From positions 1 through 64,000 of IMG/VR virus record IMGVR_UViG_3300026116_000002: 64,000 nucleotides of DNA. One strand, given 5' to 3'. A program made the translations under genes and the position numbers. Source of the stretch: a virus. The notes under the pieces are model-generated. The model saw only the letters and a program-made list of their open reading frames with translations, had not been told where the DNA came from and did no database searches. Below, in pieces: positions 1 to 8,966 of this stretch (the first letter of the stretch is position 1; each line of letters opens with the position of its first letter).

Positions 1-147
1 TGTTCGACGCCGAGCCACTGTAGCCGCTGTTCGACGCCGAGCCACTGTAGCCGCTGTTCGACGCCGAGCCACTGTAGCCGCTGTTCGACGCCGAGCCACG
101 TGAGCCGCTGTTCGACGCCGAGCCACTGTAGCCGCTGTTCGACGCCA
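1..147. repeat. 27-bp tandem repeat (coding), about 5.4 copies visible
   Basis: Unit TGTTCGACGCCGAGCCACTGTAGCCGC head-to-tail, one variant unit, no spacers. Confidence 0.95.
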
Positions 148-394
148 CCTGCCCAAAGTTATGCGCTATGCGCCATTCCTCAGAAAGTCCTGAGAATACG
201 TCATAGCCTCGCGCTACGGCCCATTGCCAATACTCAAAATGATCGTCGTACGCCTTCTCCATCCCTTTTGGGTCTTTTAGTAGGCGCTTTGCGACTTCAA
301 GTCCGTCGCCGCAGGCGTCATCAGCACGGAGATTTTTAAGCGTTAGCTTTTTTAACGCAACCTCTTTTGTTGTTGTTTCGGCTGAGTTGTCCAT
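1..394 (-). CDS. Phage protein with 9-aa tandem repeats (ASNSGYSGS), truncated by window edge
   Basis: Not in ORF track. ATG at 394 after RBS AAGGAGATCACC; reads MDNSAETTTKEVALKKLTLKNLRADDACGDG...FGQVASNSGYSGSASNSGSRGS, open to position 1. Confidence 0.8.
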   Translation of the reverse strand, partial: MDNSAETTTKEVALKKLTLKNLRADDACGDGLEVAKRLLKDPKGMEKAYDDHFEYWQWAVARGYDVFSGLSEEWRIAHNFGQVASNSGYSGSASNSGSRGSASNSGYSGSASNSGYSGSASNSGYSGSASN

Positions 395-414
395 GGTGAT
401 CTCCTTATGCTCCG

Positions 415-636
415 TCACTTCTGTGCCGCCTCATACGCGGCATACGCACTTACTATTTTCTCGAAATCGGCATCGGGGCAAGGGATTTTCCCCGTCTCGT
501 AGGCCGTCAGTGTGTTCATGTGCACGCCGACAATCTTATAGGCTTCCTCCTGCAACAGCGCATTACCGCGCTGATCCCTGATCCGGTGACGAAGCATTCG
601 TAAATACTCACCTCTGGTCACCTCTATCTTTGGCAT
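415..636 (-). CDS. XRE/Cro-like HTH protein
   Basis: LQEEAYKIVGVHMNTLTAYETGKIPCP fits the HTH_3 pattern. Confidence 0.75.
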   Translation of the reverse strand: MPKIEVTRGEYLRMLRHRIRDQRGNALLQEEAYKIVGVHMNTLTAYETGKIPCPDADFEKIVSAYAAYEAAQK

Positions 637-882
637 GTGTTCCTCTCCGAGATTGACACCGGACGCAGCGCACTACCACAGCGCCCGGTGCTTTTCTGTC
701 CACCTGTCCATATCCTCGCTATGCGGTCACAATGATTGCCAGCCGCGTGGCTTTCGTGTACACTTCAGCGCTTCTGTCAAAGCTTGACGGGATAGTCCTC
801 ACCTCCCATGGGCTGTGATGGTCAACGCCTGTAGCATAGTCTCCTCCGATCTTCCGTGGAAGTGTATTTTGAGCGTAACCAA

Positions 883-955
883 TGGACCGTGCTGGAGTCG
901 AACCAACATCTCCCCGTTATAGTGTAGGGGGCTTTACCAATTAAGCTACCGGTCC
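883..955 (-). tRNA. Degenerate tRNA or tRNA-like element, anticodon unassignable
   Basis: Minus strand GGACCGG TA GCTT AATTGGT AAAGC...GTTGG TTCGACT CCAGC ACGGTCC A: acceptor, D and T arms recognisable; anticodon arm irregular; no CCA. Confidence 0.6.
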
Positions 956-1033
956 AAGTCTGACATGGGGCTGATCTCCACCCTAGCCCCGCCCTCCTCT
1001 CTTAGTTCGCTGTACTGTGTTTGATGAATAGCC

Positions 1034-1873
1034 CTAAGCCCCGGTCGCCGCTGTGCAAGATGTGCACATTGCCATGCGCTTAAGTTTAGCCGGATCGCTC
1101 TCGCCCCATCCGTTCTTTACACCCCATCGACAACGAACCCCTGCAGCGGCGGCTTCCCGCTCGATACTGACGATTTCACTATCAACATCAGGAAAATGCT
1201 GTTCGATTAAATCGCGCTCGCCAGCCTTAGCAAAGCATCCACAAAGGCATTCGCCGCTCAATCCAAGTAAATCCTTGACCGGGTTACGTGGTAGGCGTTT
1301 TGCGGTCATATAATTGTGCACGTCTTCTTCGGTCCAGTGCGCTAACGGTGCACACCAAACGCGCACCCCCTCGTGCTGCATTTCCTGAACGTTGCCCATG
1401 CGCCTCACACTCTCCTCTTGACGGCAGCCCGATATGAGTAGTATGTGGTCATGCCTGCCAGTCTTCATCTCGCGTATCATTCGACGCAAAGGGCGCTCCT
1501 TGAGACGCTGATACATTTTGTAGTGCATAGGCGGTCCAGGGAAGCCATGCTCGACAACCATATCACGATAAACCTGACCGCATTCTTTAGCCGAGTAAAC
1601 GCGAAGGTTCCAACCGTGAGCTTCGCAGCGCTCCTTAACAAAGTAACGAGACTGAGGTATACCGATGCCCGTGTCGATAGTAACCACATCAGGCCGCACC
1701 CCGCCAAGTACCCCCGGACCATTGACCTTTGGGTGATAGTTAGAGACGTGAGTTGCGCAATAGCTGTCATGCCCACCTGAAAACAGTGACACGATCACTG
1801 TCGGCTTGTACTTATCAATAGCCCGGTCAATAATCCCGAAAGATTCCTCCACTAAGTCTTTAATGCTTCTCAT
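1034..1873 (-). CDS. PAPS reductase family (PP-loop) protein
   Basis: SLFSGGHDS PP-loop, IDTG, GCRQEESVRR, PLAHWT, SGECLCGCF. Confidence 0.9.
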   Translation of the reverse strand: MRSIKDLVEESFGIIDRAIDKYKPTVIVSLFSGGHDSYCATHVSNYHPKVNGPGVLGGVRPDVVTIDTGIGIPQSRYFVKERCEAHGWNLRVYSAKECGQVYRDMVVEHGFPGPPMHYKMYQRLKERPLRRMIREMKTGRHDHILLISGCRQEESVRRMGNVQEMQHEGVRVWCAPLAHWTEEDVHNYMTAKRLPRNPVKDLLGLSGECLCGCFAKAGERDLIEQHFPDVDSEIVSIEREAAAAGVRCRWGVKNGWGESDPAKLKRMAMCTSCTAATGA

Positions 1874-1908
1874 GGTGATCTCCTCGCCCTCGCCGTGTTT
1901 GATGTCTT

Positions 1909-1937
1909 ATTATAGCACGCAGACTATTGATTGTCAA
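1909..1937 (-). promoter_or_regulatory. Sigma70-type promoter
   Basis: Perfect TTGACA-17 bp-TATAAT upstream of the 1873 ATG. Confidence 0.85.
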
Positions 1938-1977
1938 TAGATTTTAGGCAAAAACATTGGCTATTTTGCCGGTGGTA

Positions 1978-2289
1978 CTACAGGCTGCAAACGCGACACA
2001 TTATGCCTCGCTCCCTTGTGTCTTTAGGCACATATCCATTTTCAAACTTCACCCGAAGCTCGGCCAGCGCTGCCGGTTGACTATCGCGCCCTGGACTCCT
2101 GTAAGTGTGCCCACGCTCGATTTCCTCTGCCTCTGCATCCATATACATACGCCAGTACTCAATCATCTCAGGGAGTTCATCACCAGTTGGTGTGCATATG
2201 AACTCGTAGTCACGCGGCTCGTTTTGGACCAACCATAGCGCCATCGCCGTTGAGTCCTTGCCGCCCGAAAGCGCAACGATATGTTTCAT
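1978..2289 (-). pseudogene. PAPS reductase family gene with probable in-frame internal deletion
   Basis: HIVALSGGKDSTAMA...TPTGDELPEM joined directly to a C-terminal GHTYRSPGRD...CRVCSL; only 103 aa. Confidence 0.6.
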
Positions 2290-2547
2290 TTATTCAAACC
2301 TCACTGCTTCCGCCTCTTCCATAGCCACCTCCAGGCGCTCATATTCCGCGCGGCTCTCAATCTGCTCCTCAGATCGTACGAGCACCCCGTCCTCGTAGCA
2401 CAACAGATTACCGTACTCGCCGCATATCGGACACTGAGGGCAAATGCAATCGTCCACGCTCTTGCCGCACACATCGCACGGCCCATCATAGCCCGCAATC
2501 TCCGGTTCGTTGCCGGTGACGCCGGGAGGATAATTTGACAAGTTCAT
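2290..2547 (-). CDS. Cys-rich hypothetical protein
   Basis: SNYPPGVTG...CDVCGKSVDDCICPQCPICG; abuts neighbouring genes. Confidence 0.7.
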   Translation of the reverse strand: MNLSNYPPGVTGNEPEIAGYDGPCDVCGKSVDDCICPQCPICGEYGNLLCYEDGVLVRSEEQIESRAEYERLEVAMEEAEAVRFE

Positions 2548-2551
2548 TGAT

Positions 2552-2773
2552 CTACTCCTCTCCGTATAACGACGCGTGCCACTTCAGGCAAGCCCCAAAA
2601 CCGAAACTACTGCGGTCAAGCAACGTCATTCCAAAGCCCTCGACCGTATACCTGTAAGCGATGCTCTCTAGAAGCACCGTGACCGCCGCAAGGTCTTCGC
2701 GGCTGTCGACGTACAGGTGACGCTCCTCGTGCATCGGGCCGGTTAGCCATCTAACTTTGAACAGTTCCATCAT
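2552..2773 (-). CDS. Hypothetical protein
   Basis: Tightly packed in the minus-strand operon. Confidence 0.55.
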   Translation of the reverse strand: MMELFKVRWLTGPMHEERHLYVDSREDLAAVTVLLESIAYRYTVEGFGMTLLDRSSFGFGACLKWHASLYGEE

Positions 2774-3281
2774 TGGCCTCCCACCCCGGCGTCACCGCGT
2801 ACACCCCGCGCTTAGACCACGTCAGGTTCCCGCGATCAATCAAGATCGCAGTTAACTGCCTGACCGTCACAGTAGTGAACGGGTAAATGAACTCATCGGG
2901 GCGCTCCTCTTTAAGCTGCTGCACCTTGCTCGCAAGCCACTTCGTAGAGACGAAGCCGTAGTACCCAGTGTTAAGCTCCGACAGAAACGTTTCATCGTTG
3001 GCGACAGCCCAAGCGAGCGAACTCTTCTCCCTTGCCGGGTTGCCGACGTAGCGCAGGATGTTGCCGCCGTACTCCCGGCGCTCCCTCGTCTTCACCTCGA
3101 CCGGGATATCCCACGGCGCGACGACCTCTTCGTCCCACTCGAAATGTGCCTGATACTCCTTGTTAATCAGGTACGCGACCACCTGGTTGACGCGCACTCC
3201 CTTGAACCGCGCGACCTCTTGCAGTCGGTGCAGCACGTCATCGGGCACGCTCCACCGGACGCAGCGTTTTGTGTTACTCAT
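2751..3281 (-). CDS. Hypothetical protein, possible N-terminal ribbon-helix-helix
   Basis: VRWSVPDDVLHRLQEVARFKGVRVNQVVAYLI; start overlaps the upstream stop. Confidence 0.65.
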   Translation of the reverse strand: MSNTKRCVRWSVPDDVLHRLQEVARFKGVRVNQVVAYLINKEYQAHFEWDEEVVAPWDIPVEVKTRERREYGGNILRYVGNPAREKSSLAWAVANDETFLSELNTGYYGFVSTKWLASKVQQLKEERPDEFIYPFTTVTVRQLTAILIDRGNLTWSKRGVYAVTPGWEANDGTVQS

Positions 3282-4291
3282 CAGTACCCCTCTTCATCCT
3301 GCTCAAGCTTTGCAGCAACATTCTTGATCTTCTCTCGCGCCTCATCCTGCCGTGTTAGCGCTTCGTCATACAAGTTATCGTCCCTGTACTGCTCCACTAG
3401 CTTTTCAACTAAGCCCGCAAGCACTGACGGCTCAAGGGCGTCAAGTTCCCACGACTCATTGCCGAACTTGCGAATGTAGCTTTCGGCTCGGCTATCAGTA
3501 ATCTTTGCTGGGTTAGGCGGCGGATTGTACTCGTCGATCTGGTCCATGTTGAGCGCGGCACGCTCCACTTTAAACTCAAGCCCATCGTACGCGTCGTTAA
3601 GATAGCGCGTGAAATACCGAGCGTTCAACGTCTCCTTAGCTTTGCGGTAGAACTCCGGGTCTTCATCTTCGTCTTTGGTCGGTGCCCAAAATCGGTAACC
3701 GGCAAAGATTTTCAGCCGGTCTTCAACGTCGCGGCTCATGTCAATACCGCTTGGGTCGTGGTCTCCAAGGTAAATCACGCAGATATTGCGGCCAGTGTCG
3801 AGCTTCGACTTCATCCGCTTCCCGGCTTCGTGCATGGCCGAGCTTGATGAGTAACCCTTGTTCGCCGTAAACGGGATGTCGAGCCTGCGACACACAGGCT
3901 CAAGCACCCCCTCAAGAGCCTGCTTTTCGACCATAACTTCAATGTGCCACGGTTGATCTTGCCAAGTGTCGAAGCGGAACTGATTGGCGCAAGCGTCGAC
4001 GATACTTGCGGGACTATCCCAATGGCTATTCTGCACGCATTCTCGCCCGCGATCCACGATCATCGACCAATCAACTAAGCCAGCCAGCCGCGCGTCCGAT
4101 AAGATTGAGCCTATACGCTTGTAGGATTTCTCTTCGTTCGTGATGATGTTACGACTAACAAGCTGATAGTAAAGCTGTCTCAGGGACAGGTCATATCCTT
4201 GGGACTGATAATTGCGCAAGATGCGGTTCATCGTCGTAACAAGCTCGCGCGACTCGCTCGACAATTGCGTTGGCTCAAAAAACTCTCTCAA
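3281..4291 (-). CDS. TOPRIM-domain protein (Topo VI-A/Spo11/JetD-like)
   Basis: SLRQLYYQLV, IEVMVEKQAL (TOPRIM Glu), YLGDHDPSG (DxD), SWELDAL. Confidence 0.85.
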   Translation of the reverse strand: MREFFEPTQLSSESRELVTTMNRILRNYQSQGYDLSLRQLYYQLVSRNIITNEEKSYKRIGSILSDARLAGLVDWSMIVDRGRECVQNSHWDSPASIVDACANQFRFDTWQDQPWHIEVMVEKQALEGVLEPVCRRLDIPFTANKGYSSSSAMHEAGKRMKSKLDTGRNICVIYLGDHDPSGIDMSRDVEDRLKIFAGYRFWAPTKDEDEDPEFYRKAKETLNARYFTRYLNDAYDGLEFKVERAALNMDQIDEYNPPPNPAKITDSRAESYIRKFGNESWELDALEPSVLAGLVEKLVEQYRDDNLYDEALTRQDEAREKIKNVAAKLEQDEEGY

Positions 4292-4295
4292 CTGG

Positions 4296-4949
4296 TTACT
4301 CCTCTTCCCCTTCTATCTGCAATACCTGTCGGTCAGCGATCCCGCGCAGGTTCCTCAAAGTCTCCAGGCCGGTGGCATTCACGGCCTGCGTGATAAACCC
4401 ATCCACCGCCGCTTTAGCCTCACGCTCCAGCCGGTCCATAGCCTCCTTGTACTGCGTCTCGATAAACGGCAAATGCCCGCTAATCTGCCGCCGCGCCATC
4501 TCCACCGCTTTTGTAAGGCTCGTCTTTGCCTTGCCGCTCATAGGCGTTGCGTTGATCTCGTCAACCACAGCATCGAGGTAGCTCATCGCCGCCACGCACT
4601 GCTGCTCAAGCTCCTTGTTGATCTTGTCGCGCTCGTTAGCTGGCGGGGCTTCGTACTTCAGGTATCCGTGCTCGGGATGCTGCCGCACGGTGCACGGCAC
4701 GCCGCTGCCGACGTTCATCGTAGTCAGCAGTTCCGCAAACTGCATGTCGCTCAAGACCACCTCAATGAGAGGTTTGGCTTTGCCGTGGTACCATTGCTGG
4801 TTTAAGTCGCGGGCCACCTCGCATGGCGTAATTCTGAGAGATACCACCGTCTGATGCTGTAGGTCCGATCCGAACAGGTGGTGCCCGCCCGACTGCCGAT
4901 GAAATGATACCAACGCCCATCTTGGGTCTTCGGTAAACTCTTTGTTCAT
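4296..4949 (-). CDS. Conserved phage hypothetical protein
   Basis: LFGSDLQH...IEVVLSDMQFAELLTTMNVGSGVPCT; RBS GGAGATC. Confidence 0.75.
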   Translation of the reverse strand: MNKEFTEDPRWALVSFHRQSGGHHLFGSDLQHQTVVSLRITPCEVARDLNQQWYHGKAKPLIEVVLSDMQFAELLTTMNVGSGVPCTVRQHPEHGYLKYEAPPANERDKINKELEQQCVAAMSYLDAVVDEINATPMSGKAKTSLTKAVEMARRQISGHLPFIETQYKEAMDRLEREAKAAVDGFITQAVNATGLETLRNLRGIADRQVLQIEGEEE

Positions 4950-4957
4950 GCGATCTC

Positions 4958-5335
4958 CTAGTGTAAGTCATCCGGGGGCACTCCGAACAAGTCCGCGATC
5001 GGTTCCCGCATGGCGTTCTTCAGGCTCTCGATTTTTGCCTCAAGTGTACTGATACGCGCCACCTCTTCACGAAGGGATGGGTCGGACGCCATAGCATGCG
5101 CGGCTTCGTATGAAGCATCGTCGACATACGGAAGTTCGCTGTAGCCACTGAGACTGTAGCCGGTGAGTTGAGCATACTGCTGCCAGTCCTCCACGCTAAA
5201 ACCCATGGTAATCATCTCGTTCATGTCGACGCCATGCTTTTTGGCTACTTCGCGTAAGTAGTTCACGATCGCATTTTCCTTAAAGCGCAAGACGCCCCTG
5301 TCGTCTAACGCCAATGGTTGTATCGGATTTCTCAT
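4958..5335 (-). CDS. Conserved phage hypothetical protein
   Basis: PIQPL...GVLRFKENAIVNYL...QYAQLTGYSLSGYSELPYV; RBS AAGGAGATCA. Confidence 0.75.
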   Translation of the reverse strand: MRNPIQPLALDDRGVLRFKENAIVNYLREVAKKHGVDMNEMITMGFSVEDWQQYAQLTGYSLSGYSELPYVDDASYEAAHAMASDPSLREEVARISTLEAKIESLKNAMREPIADLFGVPPDDLH

Positions 5336-5461
5336 ATGATCTCCTTAGTGTTCAACTGCTCAATTGTGCCTCGCTTGTTTTTCACCCACTCGCGAACGAA
5401 CTCAATCGACTTCCCTGCTCCTCTATGCCGAATACGGCGTAACTCAGGACTATGCGGTACA

Positions 5462-5974
5462 TCATGGCTTCGCCTCACACGCGGCTATGTACGCCTGTGT
5501 GATCGCCTCGGCTGCGGTGTCGCAGAACTCCCCGAAATTGCCGATCACCTCACCGCTCGGATAGTGCGTTAGCATCACCCAAGACGGCTTTCCTTGTGAC
5601 GATAACCTGAGATTTTGATATACCGACAACCCGCCGTCAAGGTTATGGATATTCGGCCATAACAGCTTCATCGCCTCGCCAATGTCGCCTGCGTAGTCCG
5701 GGGCCGGTTCGCGGTAGGCTCGGACGTGTTCCTCGATATCGACTTGCCATGCTGAATCAAAACGAGCACACCAAGCAGAATGCCCGCGAGAATTTGTAGA
5801 CAATGCGTACTCGTGTGGGTATTTGCCTGCTGGCGACTCGTTTACCTTGCAAAACTCATAGCAGGCAGCAATTATTCGGCCGATGCGCTCCTTCCCATCT
5901 GCATCGAAGCACACGCCGTCGTCTCCGGTCAGGTAGAAATGCGCTTTTATATTAAGTTCAGTATGTGTTTCCAA
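5462..5974 (-). CDS. Phage ABA-sandwich-like domain protein
   Basis: PDYAGDIGEAMKL and C-terminal DTAAEAITQAYIAA motifs. Confidence 0.6.
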   Translation of the reverse strand: METHTELNIKAHFYLTGDDGVCFDADGKERIGRIIAACYEFCKVNESPAGKYPHEYALSTNSRGHSAWCARFDSAWQVDIEEHVRAYREPAPDYAGDIGEAMKLLWPNIHNLDGGLSVYQNLRLSSQGKPSWVMLTHYPSGEVIGNFGEFCDTAAEAITQAYIAACEAKP

Positions 5975-6161
5975 GTTCTTTTCTCCGATATACTTTGTAC
6001 ATTCCTTGATGACACGCCGAACATTGATGCAATTTCTGCATCGCCTTCTCGATCTGCGCGAGTGTCGATTTCGTGACCATCTCGCCGTCGATGACGGCCT
6101 GGAACTTCCCGCTCGCGGCGAGTGTGATGTCGATGTCTTTAATTGTCTTTACGAGTGTCAT
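5958..6161 (-). CDS. Hypothetical protein
   Basis: Start moved to MTLVKT at 6161, after RBS AAGGAGACACC. Confidence 0.55.
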   Translation of the reverse strand: MTLVKTIKDIDITLAASGKFQAVIDGEMVTKSTLAQIEKAMQKLHQCSACHQGMYKVYRRKELGNTY

Positions 6162-6175
6162 GGTGTCTCCTTGTG

Positions 6176-6454
6176 TTATACGAACATGCCGCGCGCCCAA
6201 TGCTTCGGCAAGTTGCTGTCGATCCAATGAATCGCGGATAGCTTCAACCCCATCCACATGCCGACAAATAATATGTCGCCAGTCCCGTCAGGCCCATAGC
6301 CTTCCATGTTGTCGTCAGCGCGGCTGCGCATAGCAGCTCCCGTGTTCGACTCTAAATACTGAGCTATCACTTCTTGAGCCTGATGCTCGTCCAGTCCGTG
6401 CGCCTCAAGCTCTTGCTTTGCGCGGTCTCGAAATGTCATGTCGGTGGCCTCCAT
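6176..6454 (-). CDS. Hypothetical protein
   Basis: Operon packing; C-terminal WIDSNLPKHWARGMF. Confidence 0.65.
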   Translation of the reverse strand: MEATDMTFRDRAKQELEAHGLDEHQAQEVIAQYLESNTGAAMRSRADDNMEGYGPDGTGDILFVGMWMGLKLSAIHWIDSNLPKHWARGMFV

Positions 6455-6676
6455 TCATCATTCAGTTTATTGCAAACCATCTGCCCTCGGCAATTTTGCG
6501 TCAGGCACTTGTAGTCGCTACCTTGCCGTGGTGGTACTTGCGCCAGCGTATCCTGTCCGTCGCCTCGATCGTTCCTTCGGCCCCGCACACTTCGCATGTA
6601 GCGGTTATGCCGATGTACCACTTATCCGGCAACTGCGGCTCTCCGGGCTTTGTGAGGATCAAGTGAGCCTTCTTCG

Positions 6677-6916
6677 TTAAGTCATCTTTGTCAGATCAGG
6701 CCATACTCCTGACAACAGGTACTCGGCAGGCTCCTCCGCAAGGCGCTCCACCACGCGAACCTCGACAGCCTTGGGGTTTGCGTCAAGAAACGCTACAGCG
6801 GCCCTCAGCGCCGTTGCACGAGGCGGTAAGTCGCTTTCGTCAGTAATGTACATAGTGCAGGTAAACGCGTTGCCGATCTTTTGATACAGATCGTAGCCGT
6901 GAGGTCTTCGTGCCAT
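6677..6916 (-). CDS. Hypothetical protein
   Basis: Start moved to MARRPHG at 6916, after GAGG. Confidence 0.5.
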   Translation of the reverse strand: MARRPHGYDLYQKIGNAFTCTMYITDESDLPPRATALRAAVAFLDANPKAVEVRVVERLAEEPAEYLLSGVWPDLTKMT

Positions 6917-6918
6917 TG

Positions 6919-7143
6919 TTATCCTCGCTTGCATTCGACGGTATAGGTGTCGGTTCCGTACTCGGCCCCGCCTCGCGCCGGGAACACGGCGACGGCTTTC
7001 ACTCGCACCGCGCCGGTTTCGCCTGCGCGGTATTCGGCGTCGGCTTCCTCTTCGGCAAGAAGCATGACGCCCTCGATATCGTCGACCTCGCGAATACCAA
7101 TCAATCCCAGACGACTCGATGTCACCCTGCAACCTACTGCCAT
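6919..7143 (-). CDS. Hypothetical protein
   Basis: RBS AAGGAGATCA; first gene after the 7410-7438 promoter. Confidence 0.55.
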   Translation of the reverse strand: MAVGCRVTSSRLGLIGIREVDDIEGVMLLAEEEADAEYRAGETGAVRVKAVAVFPARGGAEYGTDTYTVECKRG

Positions 7144-7149
7144 GGTTTG

Positions 7150-7890
7150 ATCTCCTTTTTGAATTTACGCGTCACTTCGTCCCATTTTGGGCTGAAGTGT
7201 GAAATTACGTTAAATTTCGTCCCGTGCTATTAAATTCGTATTCTGAGCGCTTTTAGGCGCTGTTTTTGCTGACCGGGGCGAATGTCCCGTGGCCTGATCT
7301 GTGGCCCCTGTGCGCCTCTGTTGGGCGGTTTTCGTGCTGTTCTGTGGCGTTATTGCTGTTCGATCGACGTTCTGTTTCTGTTTTGATCACGATTCCTGTA
7401 CGCTTTTACAGTATAACATTTAAGTTCAGGCTTGTCAAGCGAAATTAGCGTAAATTCAGGCTGAAATGACCCGATACACGTAATTTCAACGCGATTTCCC
7501 GGAATATTTCTCAAAAAAGTTTACCATCCATCTAAGATCGGGTGTTCGGTAGCTGTTTTTGCCCCAATATACTAGTTTTGATATGGCTGTAAAGTGGCAT
7601 ATGGCCGTAAATTGCATTTATCGTCCCTTTTTACATGAAGCCTGAACATGTAAGTTATACATTTGCGTATGGATAGTACCCATAACTTGCAATTATCGGC
7701 TATGGGTTTTTAAACCCCCTTAATTACACTTTTTACAACTATATATATATATATTATACTAAAGGCACTTGAGTGTAGTACACTCACTCGTTCTTACAAG
7801 TGTATACCAGAATCACCGCATATACCCCTTGTGCATATTTTTAGAGAAATACCCCGGCGCAAGGGGCTTGAAATTGCGGGTTTGCCTCGG
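7150..7890. other. AT-rich non-coding block with several inverted repeats (candidate origin/control region)
   Basis: No credible ORF; inverted pairs 7160-7170/7448-7458, 7200-7210/7478-7488, 7411-7433/7638-7660; (AT)n run near 7741. Confidence 0.45.
7410..7438 (-). promoter_or_regulatory. Sigma70-type promoter
   Basis: TTGACA-17 bp-TATACT. Confidence 0.75.
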
Positions 7891-7897
7891 AGTTTGG

Positions 7898-8185
7898 CTA
7901 TTGCGATATTAAGTTGCAGTTGTCGTCCCGTTTTAGTGCTCTGAACAGTGTCTCACGTACGGCTGATATCTGCCTGAGCGCCCAACATCTCCTGCATGTC
8001 ACCATGTGCTTTGGCGCTCTCGGTCCACGGCATGCCCAAAAGCAACACGGGGTGTCTGCGAGGTCTGAAATTGCCTGATCGAGTTCGGCTATCTCGCGCT
8101 TTAGATTAAGAATTTTGCGGCCCTTCATTACTGGAACATCGACAGAAGATGGTAATCTGCCTATGCCATCGTGGAATGTATTCAT
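7898..8185 (-). CDS. Hypothetical protein with Cys motifs
   Basis: RBS AGGAGACAC; CCFWAC...CRRC. Confidence 0.55.
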   Translation of the reverse strand: MNTFHDGIGRLPSSVDVPVMKGRKILNLKREIAELDQAISDLADTPCCFWACRGPRAPKHMVTCRRCWALRQISAVRETLFRALKRDDNCNLISQ

Positions 8186-8418
8186 GTCGGTGTCTCCTCT
8201 GCGCCTCGCTGGCGCGGTCTGTAGCGGTCGGTGAGCGTCTAGCGCTCCTCAGTTCTTCCGGGGCTGTGCGGCCCGTGTGGGGTCACTGCGGCCTGTTCCG
8301 GCCGGGTCGCCTGCACGAACGGCATCACGATCGGGAACTCTACCGGCTCAGGCATGCCGGTGAACCTGGCTCTTGCCATGCGGATCGCTTGACGGGTGTT
8401 TCGCTGTGGCTCTGTCAT

Positions 8419-8640
8419 TTACTTGCGCTCACTTTCTCGTTTGGCCGCGACGGCCTTCTGCATCGCGTTGTAGGCGTTGTCCCACTGCCTGACGTGTTCC
8501 GGGTCGTTAGGGTCCAGTCCCGCGTCCGACATGTCGCCTACCGTGTAGAATTGGAGAGCTTCTATCACGGCGTCAAGCTCCTCCTTCGTGAACTTCGGTT
8601 GTCTCACTTGCTTACTCCTTCCTATGGCTCTACGCGCCAC
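8419..8640 (-). CDS. Hypothetical protein
   Basis: Early-arm ORF; true start possibly the GTG after AGGAG near 8607. Confidence 0.5.
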   Translation of the reverse strand: MARRAIGRSKQVRQPKFTKEELDAVIEALQFYTVGDMSDAGLDPNDPEHVRQWDNAYNAMQKAVAAKRESERK

Positions 8641-8660
8641 TACGCGGGGCTGTGAGCGCG

Positions 8661-8948
8661 TTACCTGTGCTTGATGACCTTGAGGTCATAGTGGTACGGC
8701 GCGGACTCTAGCTCGGCTCTCAGGGGCGCGTACTCGACTTCGGTGGCGGGGTCGCTTCGCATTATGCATGTCAGGTAGTCTGCGGCCCCGTGCTGGCCTA
8801 TGTGAGCGAAGCATTGTATTAGCCCATCTCGCCCTTCTTGTATATCCGGGAACAGTGCGAGTATCTCGCCGTCGCTGCTCTCACCTTTACTACGCCACTT
8901 GCGGAACACTACGCGGGTTTTGATTTCGGTTGCCTTTTCGGTCGTCAT
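8661..8948 (-). CDS. Conserved phage early protein
   Basis: TRVVFRKW...ILALFP...CFAHIGQHGAAD...PATEVEYAPLRAELES. Confidence 0.75.
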   Translation of the reverse strand: MTTEKATEIKTRVVFRKWRSKGESSDGEILALFPDIQEGRDGLIQCFAHIGQHGAADYLTCIMRSDPATEVEYAPLRAELESAPYHYDLKVIKHR

Positions 8949-8966
8949 GGCTCTGTGATCCTTCCT

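Noticed and set aside
1-147. CRISPR array
   Set aside because: Units are contiguous with no spacers, are a multiple of 3 nt and are in frame within a CDS; no cas genes.
640-850. ncRNA or leader peptide downstream of the tRNA-like gene
   Set aside because: Only short hairpins and a 12-codon ORF; not distinguishable from chance.
6436-6680. Frameshifted Zn-ribbon gene (CEVC in one frame, CLTQNC in another)
   Set aside because: Plausible, but no slippery site or clear start was found; cannot be supported without homologs.
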